From IMG/VR virus record IMGVR_UViG_3300042992_000089: 64,000 nt of DNA; one strand, written 5' to 3'. Made by a program: the position numbers and the translations under genes. Every line of letters begins with the position of its first letter. Position 1 is the first letter of the stretch. A model generated the notes under the pieces. The model saw nothing but the letters and a program-made list of their open reading frames with translations. It was not told the origin of the DNA and did no database searches. Source of the DNA: a virus. Its lineage: Duplodnaviria; Heunggongvirae; Uroviricota; Caudoviricetes. Shown here piece after piece: positions 47,502-56,363 of this stretch.

Positions 47502-49453
47502 TAGAATAAACTCATTTGATTAGGATTAACAATAACTTTACGTTTCTTACCTTCTAGTTGTATCTTGTGTATTATGCGTTCAGCACGCTCAATATAATAT
47601 GCATGATTGATGTTGTCCAGAGGATGATCTGATGTTAGATGATTACATACATGCATCACCCAATCACCTGCTTCCACTTGTGATACATCAACAGCTGTGC
47701 TATCTGAATTCTCGTTCTTCACCTTCAGTAGCTTCTCTCCTGTATTAGATACATAATATCTAATCAGCTTGTTATAGACTGTCTTCGTCTCTTTGCTGTG
47801 ACCTTCGTAATGAAAGTCTTTACTAGCTTTCTGTCTGAGACAAAAGTCATATATATTTGTATGATTGCGAATGGTATCAGCCACAGGCACGTCATTAACA
47901 AAAAAATGCTCAAGTGCAATAGGGACAACCCTAGCACTCTTATTTTTGTGTAGTTCAAAGTCTGTAAGGAAGTCACCCTTCTTTTTGATTTCGCCATCTG
48001 TTTTGATTGCTAGATAGTCATTTACTGTCGAGAATATAATCTTAGCATAGTCTGTACGTTCTAACTCATAACTGGTTAGATCCATCCACCACTTGTTAAT
48101 CTCATGCATCTTCTCAACTTTGTCTTTGTGCACCTTGATTGTCACACCATCTGTATTTGCAGATATAATGTTTATACCAGCTAATTCATATGCTTCGATG
48201 AGCATCAGAAGACTTAGTTCTCCTGTGATGGTTGTGAACATTGTGAGCTGTCTGTCATAGATCCAAGACTGCATGTCAGAAGACTTACCATAAACTGAAT
48301 TGACTGCGAGTTTGAGTGCTCCAACAATACCTTTAATCTTTTTATCCTTTTTAGCAAGAGGCTTGAGCTCCAATCTTTTATCAAACATGGTTTTGTATCC
48401 TCTAAGGAACTCAGGGCCCAAATGATGAGGATATTTACCATTATTAATAATGATAGCAGGGTAATAACTGGATACATCCCAATCCACAATAATATAATCA
48501 GCATCAGCTTCAAATATCTTAGGCTTGTTCTCTGTATGTAAGCCACCCTTTGCAAAAGTGTATATGTTGTCATAAAACTCTAATGATTCTTTAAATTCAT
48601 CTTTGATAGTTAGTTTCTCTTTGCTAATTGCTTTTAAGAACTGTTGTAGTTTTGGTGTCTGGAATGTAATGTAATCAGCAATACAATGTCTCACCTTTAC
48701 TTCAGTTCTAAACAAGCCTTTCTTTGGTAAATCAGAATATAATATGTTCTTTTCTTGACAATAGAACTTCTTAATCATCTCATCACCAATCTTACTATCA
48801 GAATAGTTTAAACATGGTATGCCAAACTCTTCTTCAATATCTTGTCTGAGCTCTATCTGATTATTGCCCTTATACAATGGATGCTCAGTTTGACCTATTG
48901 TTACCTTGTAGAACTCATAGGTAGCCATAACATCATTCTTACAATAGTCTTTAGTCAGTTGAATCTCTTCATCTGTCATGTTAATCTTTGTATGATGTAT
49001 AGGCATCTCTTCAATGTTCTCTAGATCCATCTCAAACTCTAGTCGTTTCAGTGAGACCATTCTATTCTTGTTATCATAGTGGTTCACTCTGAATACATCT
49101 ATCTGCTTAAGTGTAAGCCATTCTTCTCTGTACTCAGGAAATACATCATAGTTAGCATCATGGATAATATCAGCAGCCTTTTGTGCTATCTTAGCAGCTG
49201 TCTCAAGAGCTGTGAGCTCATGCCAGTTTTCATAGTTACGCAAGATCCACTCAATCACTTGAGAGTCAAAGCGTAAGTTATTATAACCAACCCAATAGTA
49301 TTCAGGATGTTGTTCAATAAATCTCATATACCCATCTAGTTGGTTCTTATCCTTACTCACTTCAAACTCTGTATAAGTTTTGCTCCCAGGATTATATATG
49401 CCAATGAGGAATAACTCCTGCATTGTCTCAATATCATAGATGAGTATATTCAT
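47501..49453 (-). CDS. Family B DNA polymerase with an N-terminal 3'-5' exonuclease
   Basis: YDIET is Exo I, DWDVSSYYPAII is motif A, KLAVNSVYGKSS is motif B (KxxxNSxYG) and ISANTDGVTI is motif C. The protein is 650 aa. Confidence 0.85.
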   Translation of the reverse strand: MNILIYDIETMQELFLIGIYNPGSKTYTEFEVSKDKNQLDGYMRFIEQHPEYYWVGYNNLRFDSQVIEWILRNYENWHELTALETAAKIAQKAADIIHDANYDVFPEYREEWLTLKQIDVFRVNHYDNKNRMVSLKRLEFEMDLENIEEMPIHHTKINMTDEEIQLTKDYCKNDVMATYEFYKVTIGQTEHPLYKGNNQIELRQDIEEEFGIPCLNYSDSKIGDEMIKKFYCQEKNILYSDLPKKGLFRTEVKVRHCIADYITFQTPKLQQFLKAISKEKLTIKDEFKESLEFYDNIYTFAKGGLHTENKPKIFEADADYIIVDWDVSSYYPAIIINNGKYPHHLGPEFLRGYKTMFDKRLELKPLAKKDKKIKGIVGALKLAVNSVYGKSSDMQSWIYDRQLTMFTTITGELSLLMLIEAYELAGINIISANTDGVTIKVHKDKVEKMHEINKWWMDLTSYELERTDYAKIIFSTVNDYLAIKTDGEIKKKGDFLTDFELHKNKSARVVPIALEHFFVNDVPVADTIRNHTNIYDFCLRQKASKDFHYEGHSKETKTVYNKLIRYYVSNTGEKLLKVKNENSDSTAVDVSQVEAGDWVMHVCNHLTSDHPLDNINHAYYIERAERIIHKIQLEGKKRKVIVNPNQMSLF

Positions 49454-49719
49454 AATTGTTTATTTTTGTTAGTCCATCCATTTGCCATGTGTTCTTAAAT
49501 GCCAAAATCTATGGCTTAACACTGCAACTATTATACCCCAAAATGTATCAGCTTCATATGAGCCTTCTTTAACTATTAGTTTCATATTATCTTTTATATG
49601 TTTTAATGTATTCTTTAATACACCATTTAATCATGTCCCATAGATAATATCTTTGTTTTGATTTAGAAAGCTTGTGTAAGCTTTCATAATAACTAAAATA
49701 TTCATTCATAATTAGAAGT

Positions 49720-49986
49720 TTATTTCTCTTTTACTGATTTCTTAGCTGTTTTCACAGACTTTTTACTCTTATTAGAAATATAGTTCTCTTTACTATCTAA
49801 TAATGTAAGAAACGCTGCACTAATAACATCATATAAATATTTATCTTCAAGCATAGCTGATGCAAATGATGCAGCTAATATTGTTTTATCACCATCGTCA
49901 TCATATAATGTATGTACAGTGCCATCACCTATAGACATAAAGAAATGAGCTTTGAGCTTTGCTATTTGTGCTTTACTTTTTGCCAT
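49720..49986 (-). CDS. Hypothetical protein
   Basis: ORF with MAKSKAQIAKLK N-terminus. Confidence 0.4.
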   Translation of the reverse strand: MAKSKAQIAKLKAHFFMSIGDGTVHTLYDDDGDKTILAASFASAMLEDKYLYDVISAAFLTLLDSKENYISNKSKKSVKTAKKSVKEK

Positions 49987-50070
49987 ATTTATCTTTTAAA
50001 CGTTGATAAACATAAGTTACCATATATGCCCAGCATATCACTGCTAAGACTATTTGAATGTAGAATAAAA

Positions 50071-50280
50071 TCATAAATTTATATTATATCTTTCTAATGA
50101 GATGTTCTTACAGAATCTAATCTCTTTGTTTGTTAATGTCCATATTTGTCCATCATCCATAGCACATGTAAATAAAAGGTTATGCTCCTGGCTATAATCT
50201 ATAACCAAAAAAGCATAACCTTCCATTTTATCAGATACCCTTACTATTGGTATCATTGGATTTAATTGCAGAATCATCAT
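50071..50280 (-). CDS. Hypothetical small protein
   Basis: ORF. Confidence 0.35.
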   Translation of the reverse strand: MMILQLNPMIPIVRVSDKMEGYAFLVIDYSQEHNLLFTCAMDDGQIWTLTNKEIRFCKNISLERYNINL

Positions 50281-50375
50281 CTTTATTTGTATTATCGTCT
50301 ATAAATGGGGCATTTATCCATTCAACTATGATCCATACCCAAACAAGTAATACAAAGATAATAAAATAAATCATG

Positions 50376-50615
50376 TCAATAGTTTTTAAATCTAATAAGT
50401 TTATACTCATCAGAGCTGATATACATATATCTGCGTCCTTTGATGTGTAATCTCTTAGATGGTTTATAATTTGCTTTCACAGCAAATATACTATCTATTA
50501 GTTTAGAACAAGAATTAATTGTTCTTCTATAAGAAGAATCTTGTTGGTCTGGTTCGTACACTGTAATTGTATGTGTGCAATGTGGTTTTGCACTAAAGAT
50601 TAGGCTGTAAGACAT
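50376..50615 (-). CDS. Hypothetical small protein
   Basis: ORF. Confidence 0.35.
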   Translation of the reverse strand: MSYSLIFSAKPHCTHTITVYEPDQQDSSYRRTINSCSKLIDSIFAVKANYKPSKRLHIKGRRYMYISSDEYKLIRFKNY

Positions 50616-50633
50616 GTGTGTTGGTATTAGTGG

Positions 50634-50942
50634 TTAAAAGAAGAATGTCATACCTGTTTCAGATATCTCTATCTTTGTAGGCTTTCTAAACGTAACAGAT
50701 CTTTTAAGAGGCATCTTTGTAGATACTGTCTTTGTCATAACTGGTTGACGTCTAGTGCGTTGTGGTGCCATGTCTAACATTTTAATGTAAACACCATTAA
50801 CTGGTCTGTTAAGACTGTTAGCTACAAACTTTGATAACTTAGCCATGGACATAGGCTTTGCAGTCTTTTTGTTGTCCATCATCATTGTCTTGATTGTTCT
50901 TAATTCCTTCTTGGAATAGTTGTTTGATCCTTTCTTTCTCAT
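50634..50942 (-). CDS. Hypothetical basic protein
   Basis: This ORF overlaps the next ORF in a different frame, so its real start is probably at an internal Met. Confidence 0.35.
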   Translation of the reverse strand: MRKKGSNNYSKKELRTIKTMMMDNKKTAKPMSMAKLSKFVANSLNRPVNGVYIKMLDMAPQRTRRQPVMTKTVSTKMPLKRSVTFRKPTKIEISETGMTFFF

Positions 50943-51240
50943 TTTGCTTTATTTTTTTGTTTAGTAAATACTGTTTTCTTTTAATTCTAGCTTCCTTTCT
51001 TTTCTTATTATGTTTCTTATTAATAGGTCCAGCTTGTTGCTGTCTCAATATTTGTTTTGGTGTTGTATCAAGACTAGTTAGCGTTTCACCTATTTTAGCT
51101 GATAAAGCTGTTCTAGGTTTTAATGGTAAAGGTATATTATGATGACTCATATGACCAGTATCAACACTTAAATCAATCTCTTTCACCAAACGTGGAGGGT
51201 TTTTAATCCTTCTCTTTCTTGTATTTCCTTTTAATATCAT
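50839..51240 (-). CDS. Hypothetical basic protein (K/R-rich)
   Basis: ORF preceded by a terminator. Confidence 0.4.
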   Translation of the reverse strand: MILKGNTRKRRIKNPPRLVKEIDLSVDTGHMSHHNIPLPLKPRTALSAKIGETLTSLDTTPKQILRQQQAGPINKKHNKKRKEARIKRKQYLLNKKIKQNEKERIKQLFQEGIKNNQDNDDGQQKDCKAYVHG

Positions 51241-51262
51241 ACGCTCTTCTATTTTATGTGTA

Positions 51263-51292
51263 ATAAAAAAGCCCTACATTTCTGCAGGGCTC
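51263..51292 (-). terminator. Rho-independent terminator (minus strand)
   Basis: On the minus strand, AGCCCTGCAGAAATGTAGGGCT is followed by TTTTTTATTAC. Confidence 0.6.
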
Positions 51293-51310
51293 TCGCTTAC
51301 TAACCACACA

Positions 51311-51571
51311 TTAACCTAACCTTAATTTATTATCGTCCCATAATGCACTGACATTTAACTCTTTACACCATTGGTTGAACTTTTCACGCTCTGTAGGTGT
51401 AAATGGTTTGTTAATCTTTACAGTGATTTTGGGTCTGTCTTCTGTCTTTTGCTTGTTTTTAAATAATTCTAAGATATTTCTCATAGCTATTTCGTTTTGA
51501 ATGTTAATATTATTCTGTTTCATGGTCTGCATCATTTGGTTCAGGATCATATTCAGTGAGGTCATCTTCAT
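51311..51571 (-). CDS. Hypothetical protein
   Basis: ORF whose start overlaps the upstream ORF. Confidence 0.35.
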   Translation of the reverse strand: MKMTSLNMILNQMMQTMKQNNINIQNEIAMRNILELFKNKQKTEDRPKITVKINKPFTPTEREKFNQWCKELNVSALWDDNKLRLG

Positions 51572-52079
51572 CTAAATCATCCTCCCAATCCTCATCATCA
51601 TCATCATCGTATTCATGCTCATCCACAAAACTTACATGTCTAATAGTCACCTTATCATGAAAAAAGACTACATTTCTATGTATACCTTCTTCATCTTCAG
51701 AGTCAAATACTTCCAATGCTATATCACCATTCTCACCATCTTCACCATAAACATAGGCATTAATGATTTGAACTGTGAGGTCTTCCAAGTCATCAGAACT
51801 ATCACCTTGGTCCCACCAACCTATTTGGTCAGGTGTTGCAAGGATTTCTTCTTTATCATCCTTATTCTGTGTTGGCATAACAATGTATGGCTCAACTGGT
51901 GCACCATTGAAAGCAATGTAGCTTTCCATATCTTGTGGTATGTGTGTTAGTTCATGGAGTTGTAGGTATTCATATACCTGTCCATAAACCACATCCTTTT
52001 GCTTTGATGCAAACCACATGCCTTTCTCTAGTTGTCTAGGCATATATGATTTGAATACAAGTTTAGCTAGTGTAAACAT
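51510..52079 (-). CDS. Hypothetical protein with a highly acidic C-terminal tail
   Basis: It ends DEHEYDDDDDEDWEDDLDEDDLTEYDPEPNDADHETE. It is the first gene after a 140-nt non-coding stretch. Confidence 0.45.
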   Translation of the reverse strand: MFTLAKLVFKSYMPRQLEKGMWFASKQKDVVYGQVYEYLQLHELTHIPQDMESYIAFNGAPVEPYIVMPTQNKDDKEEILATPDQIGWWDQGDSSDDLEDLTVQIINAYVYGEDGENGDIALEVFDSEDEEGIHRNVVFFHDKVTIRHVSFVDEHEYDDDDDEDWEDDLDEDDLTEYDPEPNDADHETE

Positions 52080-52222
52080 ATCGTGTGTTTTTAGTGTATG
52101 TTAGCAAATATAGGTTAATTAGTTAATATAAGGACCCAGCTAGGGGAAGCTGAGCCCTATATATCTCACACAAACTAACCACTAATATTGTATTGTTATA
52201 AAGTCAGGTAATTCGTTCATGG

Positions 52223-52501
52223 CTAAAGTGTGTTAGTTAATTTCTCTTGTTTATATTCTTCCACTGCTATTTTAAGCTTCTCTCTTTGTTGATGAGCATA
52301 ATCTTCAGTGACAAAACTAAGCTCCATCGTGTTATCTGTTCCTGGTTCAGAACAGCGTCCACCATACTTAAGCTTACCTAAATGTCCCCAAAAGTACATA
52401 TCTCTAACCATCTCAATGGCTTCGAGTTCGTCTTCTGTCTCTCTAATAATCTTATAACCACTCAAGTTGTTGTTGTCATCCCTAATTAGTTCTAGTTTCA
52501 T
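52223..52501 (-). CDS. Hypothetical small protein
   Basis: ORF with MKLELI N-terminus, flanked by non-coding DNA. Confidence 0.4.
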   Translation of the reverse strand: MKLELIRDDNNNLSGYKIIRETEDELEAIEMVRDMYFWGHLGKLKYGGRCSEPGTDNTMELSFVTEDYAHQQREKLKIAVEEYKQEKLTNTL

Positions 52502-52852
52502 AATCGTGTGTTTAGAATGTGTGTGTAAAAAGCGAATATATAGCCTAATGTTGCCTCAGCTGTATATTCTTATGTGTATGTCATAACGCAACAAATAAAA
52601 TCCCTCTGTACTCAAATGTATAATCTGTGGTTCAGGCTCATACGTCCTTTATGATAGTCCACCCTACCTCTATGTCTAGACCATAGATTAATTGATTATA
52701 CATTTGTCTATCCTTGGGAAATAGAAATGGTACATTAAATGATTAAATAGCTGTATTACAATTCAATTACCTCCAAGCAAATAAGCTTGATAGGACGTAA
52801 TAGGTCATGCATAACCTTTTACAACTATTTAATCAATATAATAAAGAGCAGA

Positions 52853-53092
52853 CTAATTGCCTGCTCCAATATCCTGAACAAAATAGAACTCACCACCATG
52901 AATGAGTCTAATACCACCATATAATATACCATCTATATGAACAAACTTATCCAACACACCTTGTATTGGCAATTCCATAGACTTAATACTATCAATAGAG
53001 ACTTGTTCACTCTCTATAAAGAAATCATCCTTACTAATAGGACTAATGTTATTGCCAAATAATGTATAGGCAAGTTGTTGTGCGTTATTCAT
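52853..53092 (-). CDS. Hypothetical small protein
   Basis: ORF. Confidence 0.35.
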   Translation of the reverse strand: MNNAQQLAYTLFGNNISPISKDDFFIESEQVSIDSIKSMELPIQGVLDKFVHIDGILYGGIRLIHGGEFYFVQDIGAGN

Positions 53093-53254
53093 ATAAATGC
53101 TATTTAATGCTATATATATTGTATTGTATAGCGTGAATTAATGTATCTTGAAAAGATAGCTAAAAGGGCCTATTAAGCACACACCTCTTCAAACATTCAC
53201 ACGAAATATATTGATTATCAGTGTGTTATATTGTCTGAAGTCTTGATGTTGTAT

Positions 53255-53277
53255 AAAAAAGGGGGCACGAGGCCCCC
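53255..53277 (-). terminator. Rho-independent terminator (minus strand)
   Basis: On the minus strand, GGGGGCCTCGTGCCCCC (a 6-bp GC stem) is followed by TTTTTTATAC. It lies 7 nt after the stop of the 53284 gene. Confidence 0.65.
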
Positions 53278-53283
53278 TTAATG

Positions 53284-53691
53284 CTAGTAAGCAGCTAGTT
53301 CTTCGTAACTAACAGCTTGCTTAGCAGTGCTATCAATTACAAATTCTTCTTCTTCACCACCTTTACCAACTGGTGCACAGATTGTAGTGATCTTACCATC
53401 AAGGCTTTCACAAATGTTAAGCTTCAAAATGGCAGCAATCACGTCTCTTTTAGGTGCCCCATTATCAAGAGCGTTCTTCACAGTCAAGCTAACTCTCTTA
53501 CTTAATGGACAAGTGGTGCTTGTACCATCTTTTAGTGTTAATACCATTGACATTGCTTTGATGACACCATCATTGAACCTGCTGATAGTACCTGGACAAA
53601 ACTTAACGCTTCCACCTGCGTGAAGACTTGCAACTGTTCCCAATTCAGTTAGCTTAGGAGTGCTAACAAACTCTTTGTACATTAGTGCCAT
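53284..53691 (-). CDS. Hypothetical protein (first gene of the minus-strand early block)
   Basis: The ATG at 53689-53691 gives MALMYKEFVSTPK.... The track extension to 53793 runs into the G-rich repeat region and looks spurious. The gene is followed by a strong terminator. Confidence 0.5.
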   Translation of the reverse strand: MALMYKEFVSTPKLTELGTVASLHAGGSVKFCPGTISRFNDGVIKAMSMVLTLKDGTSTTCPLSKRVSLTVKNALDNGAPKRDVIAAILKLNICESLDGKITTICAPVGKGGEEEEFVIDSTAKQAVSYEELAAY

Positions 53692-53717
53692 TGTTTTTCG
53701 TTTTAGGCTGTTAATTA

Positions 53718-54160
53718 ATAGGGGGGATGTGTCGATCCCCCAATTGTAGGAGGGGTGGCAAGCTGGAAGTACCCTCTCCTCCCATGGACACAATAGGGGT
53801 AGGGGGTATGTAAAATTTTTGGTAGGGGGTTGTTAATTGTTCCATGTGGAACATTCTGTCTAAGCAATTGAAGACTAGGGGGTTAGCTGGCCCAAGTGTT
53901 AAATGTTGTGTCACACTTTTTCAAATATTTGTGACAGATTTGGCAAGTTATAACAAGTCTATATTCTGCCAAAAGTCAAGCTATAGCTTTACCCTAGGGG
54001 ATGTTTAGTCAAGGGATAGCTTTACATAATGTGTCTTATTATACCCATAAGCATATAGTTTGGTCTTTATAAGGGACATTATATCTTAGGGCATATAAAA
54101 ATAAATTTGGTGGGTATAAATATTTACCTGTATCTTTGGGGGGGATTTAGGGGGGGCCCC
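53718..54160. repeat. Array of six to seven same-orientation TAGGGG(G) motifs plus palindromes in a 500-nt divergent intergenic region
   Basis: The motifs are AATAGGGGGGATG (53718), AATAGGGGTAGGGGGTATG (53793), GGTAGGGGGTTG (53821), GACTAGGGGGTTAG (53873), CCCTAGGGGATG (53996) and TTTGGGGGGGATTTAGGGGGGGCCCC (54135). A perfect palindrome GGGGGAT-gtgtcg-ATCCCCC lies at 53722-53741. The genome background is about 35% GC. Confidence 0.6.
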
Positions 54161-54195
54161 ATCTAATACCTCTCTATTAATTAAAGCTTTGATAT

Positions 54196-54438
54196 ATGGT
54201 AGTATTATTACTTGGTTGTATTGTTGGTCTCTTGAGTGTGATTGTAGTGGTATGGGGGTTTGTACACTTTGAGGAGTGGGAGATAGGGATAGAGTTTCTA
54301 CCTAAACATTATAACAACTTTGAGCTAGGAATATCGAATAGAAACTACGAGCTGACAGATGGAGGACTAGAGCAAGAGCTTAGAATAGGTCTGTTATTAT
54401 TCACCTTTTTAATCATGTTTAGGAGATTTGATGCATAA
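54196..54438 (+). CDS. Small membrane protein
   Basis: It has two hydrophobic segments (VVLLLGCIVGLLSVIVVVWGFV and LLLFTFLIMF) and is the first gene of the plus-strand block. Confidence 0.4.
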   Translation: MVVLLLGCIVGLLSVIVVVWGFVHFEEWEIGIEFLPKHYNNFELGISNRNYELTDGGLEQELRIGLLLFTFLIMFRRFDA

Positions 54439-54496
54439 TATAGCATTAACTTTTATAATAACTAAAATAGTTATTTGTAGATCGTCCAGATATACA

Positions 54497-54504
54497 TACC
54501 TTTG
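54497..54504 (+). promoter_or_regulatory. Candidate -7 box TACCTTTG
   Basis: It lies 12 nt upstream of the ATG at 54517. Confidence 0.3.
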
Positions 54505-54516
54505 TATCAACTAATT

Positions 54517-54867
54517 ATGGAAGCAAAACCAATTGTACAACGACTAAAGACTTCAGTCAATGACAGTATTGTCATGGCTGAGAAGTATTATAGAATCTTG
54601 TCAGCTGTCAATGACCTGAAGCTTACAAAGAGGGAGATACAATTGATAGCCTTTGCTGCTATAAAAGGGAACATCTCTTATGCTAATATACGTAAGGAGT
54701 TTTGTGAAAGATACGACAGTACGTCCCCAGCCATAAATAACATTATCTCCAAACTAAAGAAGATGGGGATATTTGTAAAGGATGGGACAAAGGTGAAGGT
54801 TAATCCCATCATCTTGCTCAACTTTGAGAAAGATCTTGTATTGCAAATAACTCTAGCACATGGATAA
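54517..54867 (+). CDS. Hypothetical protein (possible DNA-binding regulator)
   Basis: An ATG at 54517 gives MEAKPIVQR.... The track start at 54502 is a TTG. Confidence 0.45.
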   Translation: MEAKPIVQRLKTSVNDSIVMAEKYYRILSAVNDLKLTKREIQLIAFAAIKGNISYANIRKEFCERYDSTSPAINNIISKLKKMGIFVKDGTKVKVNPIILLNFEKDLVLQITLAHG

Positions 54868-55246
54868 GCCTATAAGTATGTCTGTCAAGGACTACCTTGT
54901 TAGGACCCTTGCTGTGAAGATGATGATTTCTGAGAAGACAATTGAGACAGTGATAAACCACCAGTTTCAATCTGCCAACGAGGCGATGGACACAAATAAC
55001 AGTATTGAAATCTCTGGGTTTGGGAAGTTTTATTTCAATGAGAAGAAAGCCAAGAAACGTCTAGAAGACTTGACTAGGAAGAAAAACCTAATGCTTGAGT
55101 TCCTAGCCAGTGCTGAAACCTCAGAACAAAAGAAACGTTCCTCTCAGGTGACACTAGAAAAAACAGAAGCTCTGATCAATTTACTAAAAAGTAAAATTAT
55201 ATATGAAGATCAACTTCTCTCAGATTTACGAGGGCTGGAAGAATAA
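54860..55246 (+). CDS. HU/IHF-like (DNABII family) DNA-binding protein
   Basis: The N-terminal helix MSVKDYLVRTLAVKMMISEKTIETV...ANEAM is followed by IEISGFGKFYF, the DNABII GFGxF signature. Confidence 0.5.
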   Translation: MDKPISMSVKDYLVRTLAVKMMISEKTIETVINHQFQSANEAMDTNNSIEISGFGKFYFNEKKAKKRLEDLTRKKNLMLEFLASAETSEQKKRSSQVTLEKTEALINLLKSKIIYEDQLLSDLRGLEE

Positions 55247-55550
55247 CCTGTTCCCAGCTGATGACATGAAAGAACGCATTAGGGAAATTAGCCAACAACG
55301 TATGGCTATTTGTGATACCTGTGAATGGTGTTCTGAAAACAGACCTAAGAAACCTCGAAGGTTTGATAAGCATTGTACACATTGTGGGTGTGTTCTATCA
55401 GCTAAGACTAGGTGTCTATCTTGTAGCTGTCCTATAGAAAAGTGGGGAGCAGAGATGGAATCACGAGAGGAAGAAGAACAATTAATACAAACAGTATATG
55501 GAAAACAGGGAAGTGAAAATTCAGAAGATTCCACTGGACAGACTAATTGA
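55203..55550 (+). CDS. Cys-rich zinc-binding protein
   Basis: It contains CDTCEWC...CTHCGC...CLSCSC. An alternative non-overlapping start lies at the ATG at 55266. Confidence 0.4.
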   Translation: MKINFSQIYEGWKNNLFPADDMKERIREISQQRMAICDTCEWCSENRPKKPRRFDKHCTHCGCVLSAKTRCLSCSCPIEKWGAEMESREEEEQLIQTVYGKQGSENSEDSTGQTN

Positions 55551-55755
55551 GACTTTAGTTAACCTTTATAACCAGGGAATAGACTATATTGATATATCTG
55601 GAGTACCAGGTGTTGAGTTTGATAGAATGGCTATTGTCTTTACAAAAGACTATATGACAGAAGAAGGAAAGAAAAACTTTGGAGAAGACAGTGAGTTAGA
55701 CTTGGAGATTGGTCCAAGCAAACTAACAGATGACGATATAAACCAGTTAATATAA
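55498..55755 (+). CDS. Hypothetical protein
   Basis: ORF. Confidence 0.4.
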   Translation: MENREVKIQKIPLDRLIETLVNLYNQGIDYIDISGVPGVEFDRMAIVFTKDYMTEEGKKNFGEDSELDLEIGPSKLTDDDINQLI

Positions 55756-55759
55756 TACA

Positions 55760-56044
55760 ATGAGTAAAAAGACTCACTATACAGAAGTGATATCTATATT
55801 ACAAGAACTAAATAAAGACTTCCCTACATACAATTTGGGCAGACACTTAGCTACAGCTCTTGCAGACTATGGTGACATTTGGGGTATAACAGATAAAGAA
55901 CTTGCATTTGCTCTAAGTAAGTATAAGAGTGAGATAGAGATGGATGTACCTCACACAGATGAATCTGAGTTAGAAAAGATTATAAAAGAAGGTATGGACC
56001 TTGATAACATCCTGAAGGAGGAGGAAGAAGATGGCGACTATTAA
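55760..56044 (+). CDS. Hypothetical protein
   Basis: ORF. Confidence 0.4.
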   Translation: MSKKTHYTEVISILQELNKDFPTYNLGRHLATALADYGDIWGITDKELAFALSKYKSEIEMDVPHTDESELEKIIKEGMDLDNILKEEEEDGDY

Positions 56045-56363
56045 GAAAACTACATACGTAAATACAGAGCTTGAATGGGCAGAAGTACAGCTAAAGTCTT
56101 GGAAAGCATACGTTGATGCTAATCCACTACATGAATTGAAAGATAGGATTGAGTGGAAACCTACAGCTAAAGGAGGAATGTTACCTATGGTCATAGCCTC
56201 TATTGAAGCTCAAGGTAAGTTTGTCCAAGAGACAATGAAAAACTACCTAGCATTGGTAGAAGTGGTAGATAAGTTAAGAAACATGGAAGAAGCTAAGGTG
56301 GAAGTGAGAGGAAAAGGTGAATTATCAGGAGCTGCTGCTGAGTTCTTAGCAAATAGAAAATGA
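56031..56363 (+). CDS. Hypothetical protein immediately upstream of terL (small terminase candidate by position only)
   Basis: The N-terminus is MATIKKTTYV, and its stop overlaps the terL ATG (ATGA). Confidence 0.35.
   Translation: MATIKKTTYVNTELEWAEVQLKSWKAYVDANPLHELKDRIEWKPTAKGGMLPMVIASIEAQGKFVQETMKNYLALVEVVDKLRNMEEAKVEVRGKGELSGAAAEFLANRK

Noticed and set aside
47764-48573. ORFs inside the DNA polymerase gene (47764-47997, 48214-48573, 48842-49024, 49079-49276)
   Set aside because: They are embedded in a well-supported CDS on the other frame or strand and lack start context.
49973-50074. 33-aa hydrophobic mini-ORF (MILFYIQIVLAVICWAYMVTYVYQRLKDKYGKK) on the minus strand
   Set aside because: It is a plausible single-TM micro-protein with an ATGA overlap, but it is too short to support from sequence alone.
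52502-52852. Possible tRNA or ncRNA in the 350-nt non-coding stretch and other gaps (52080-52222, 53093-53283, 49454-49720)
   Set aside because: GGTTCAGGCTC at about 52650 looked T-loop-like, but flanking sequence cannot form a T-stem or acceptor stem. I found no cloverleaf by eye, so there is no supportable RNA gene.
53711-53914. 67-aa minus-strand ORF and the N-terminal extension of the 53284 gene running across the G-rich repeat region
   Set aside because: The proline-rich translation comes from the G-runs. The region is better explained as non-coding regulatory DNA. A good ATG at 53691 starts the real gene.
56015-56030. GGAGGAGGAAGAAG upstream of the 56031 ORF as a Shine-Dalgarno
   Set aside because: It encodes the EEEE C-terminus of the preceding gene. 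Other genes lack SD, so this is probably coincidental.
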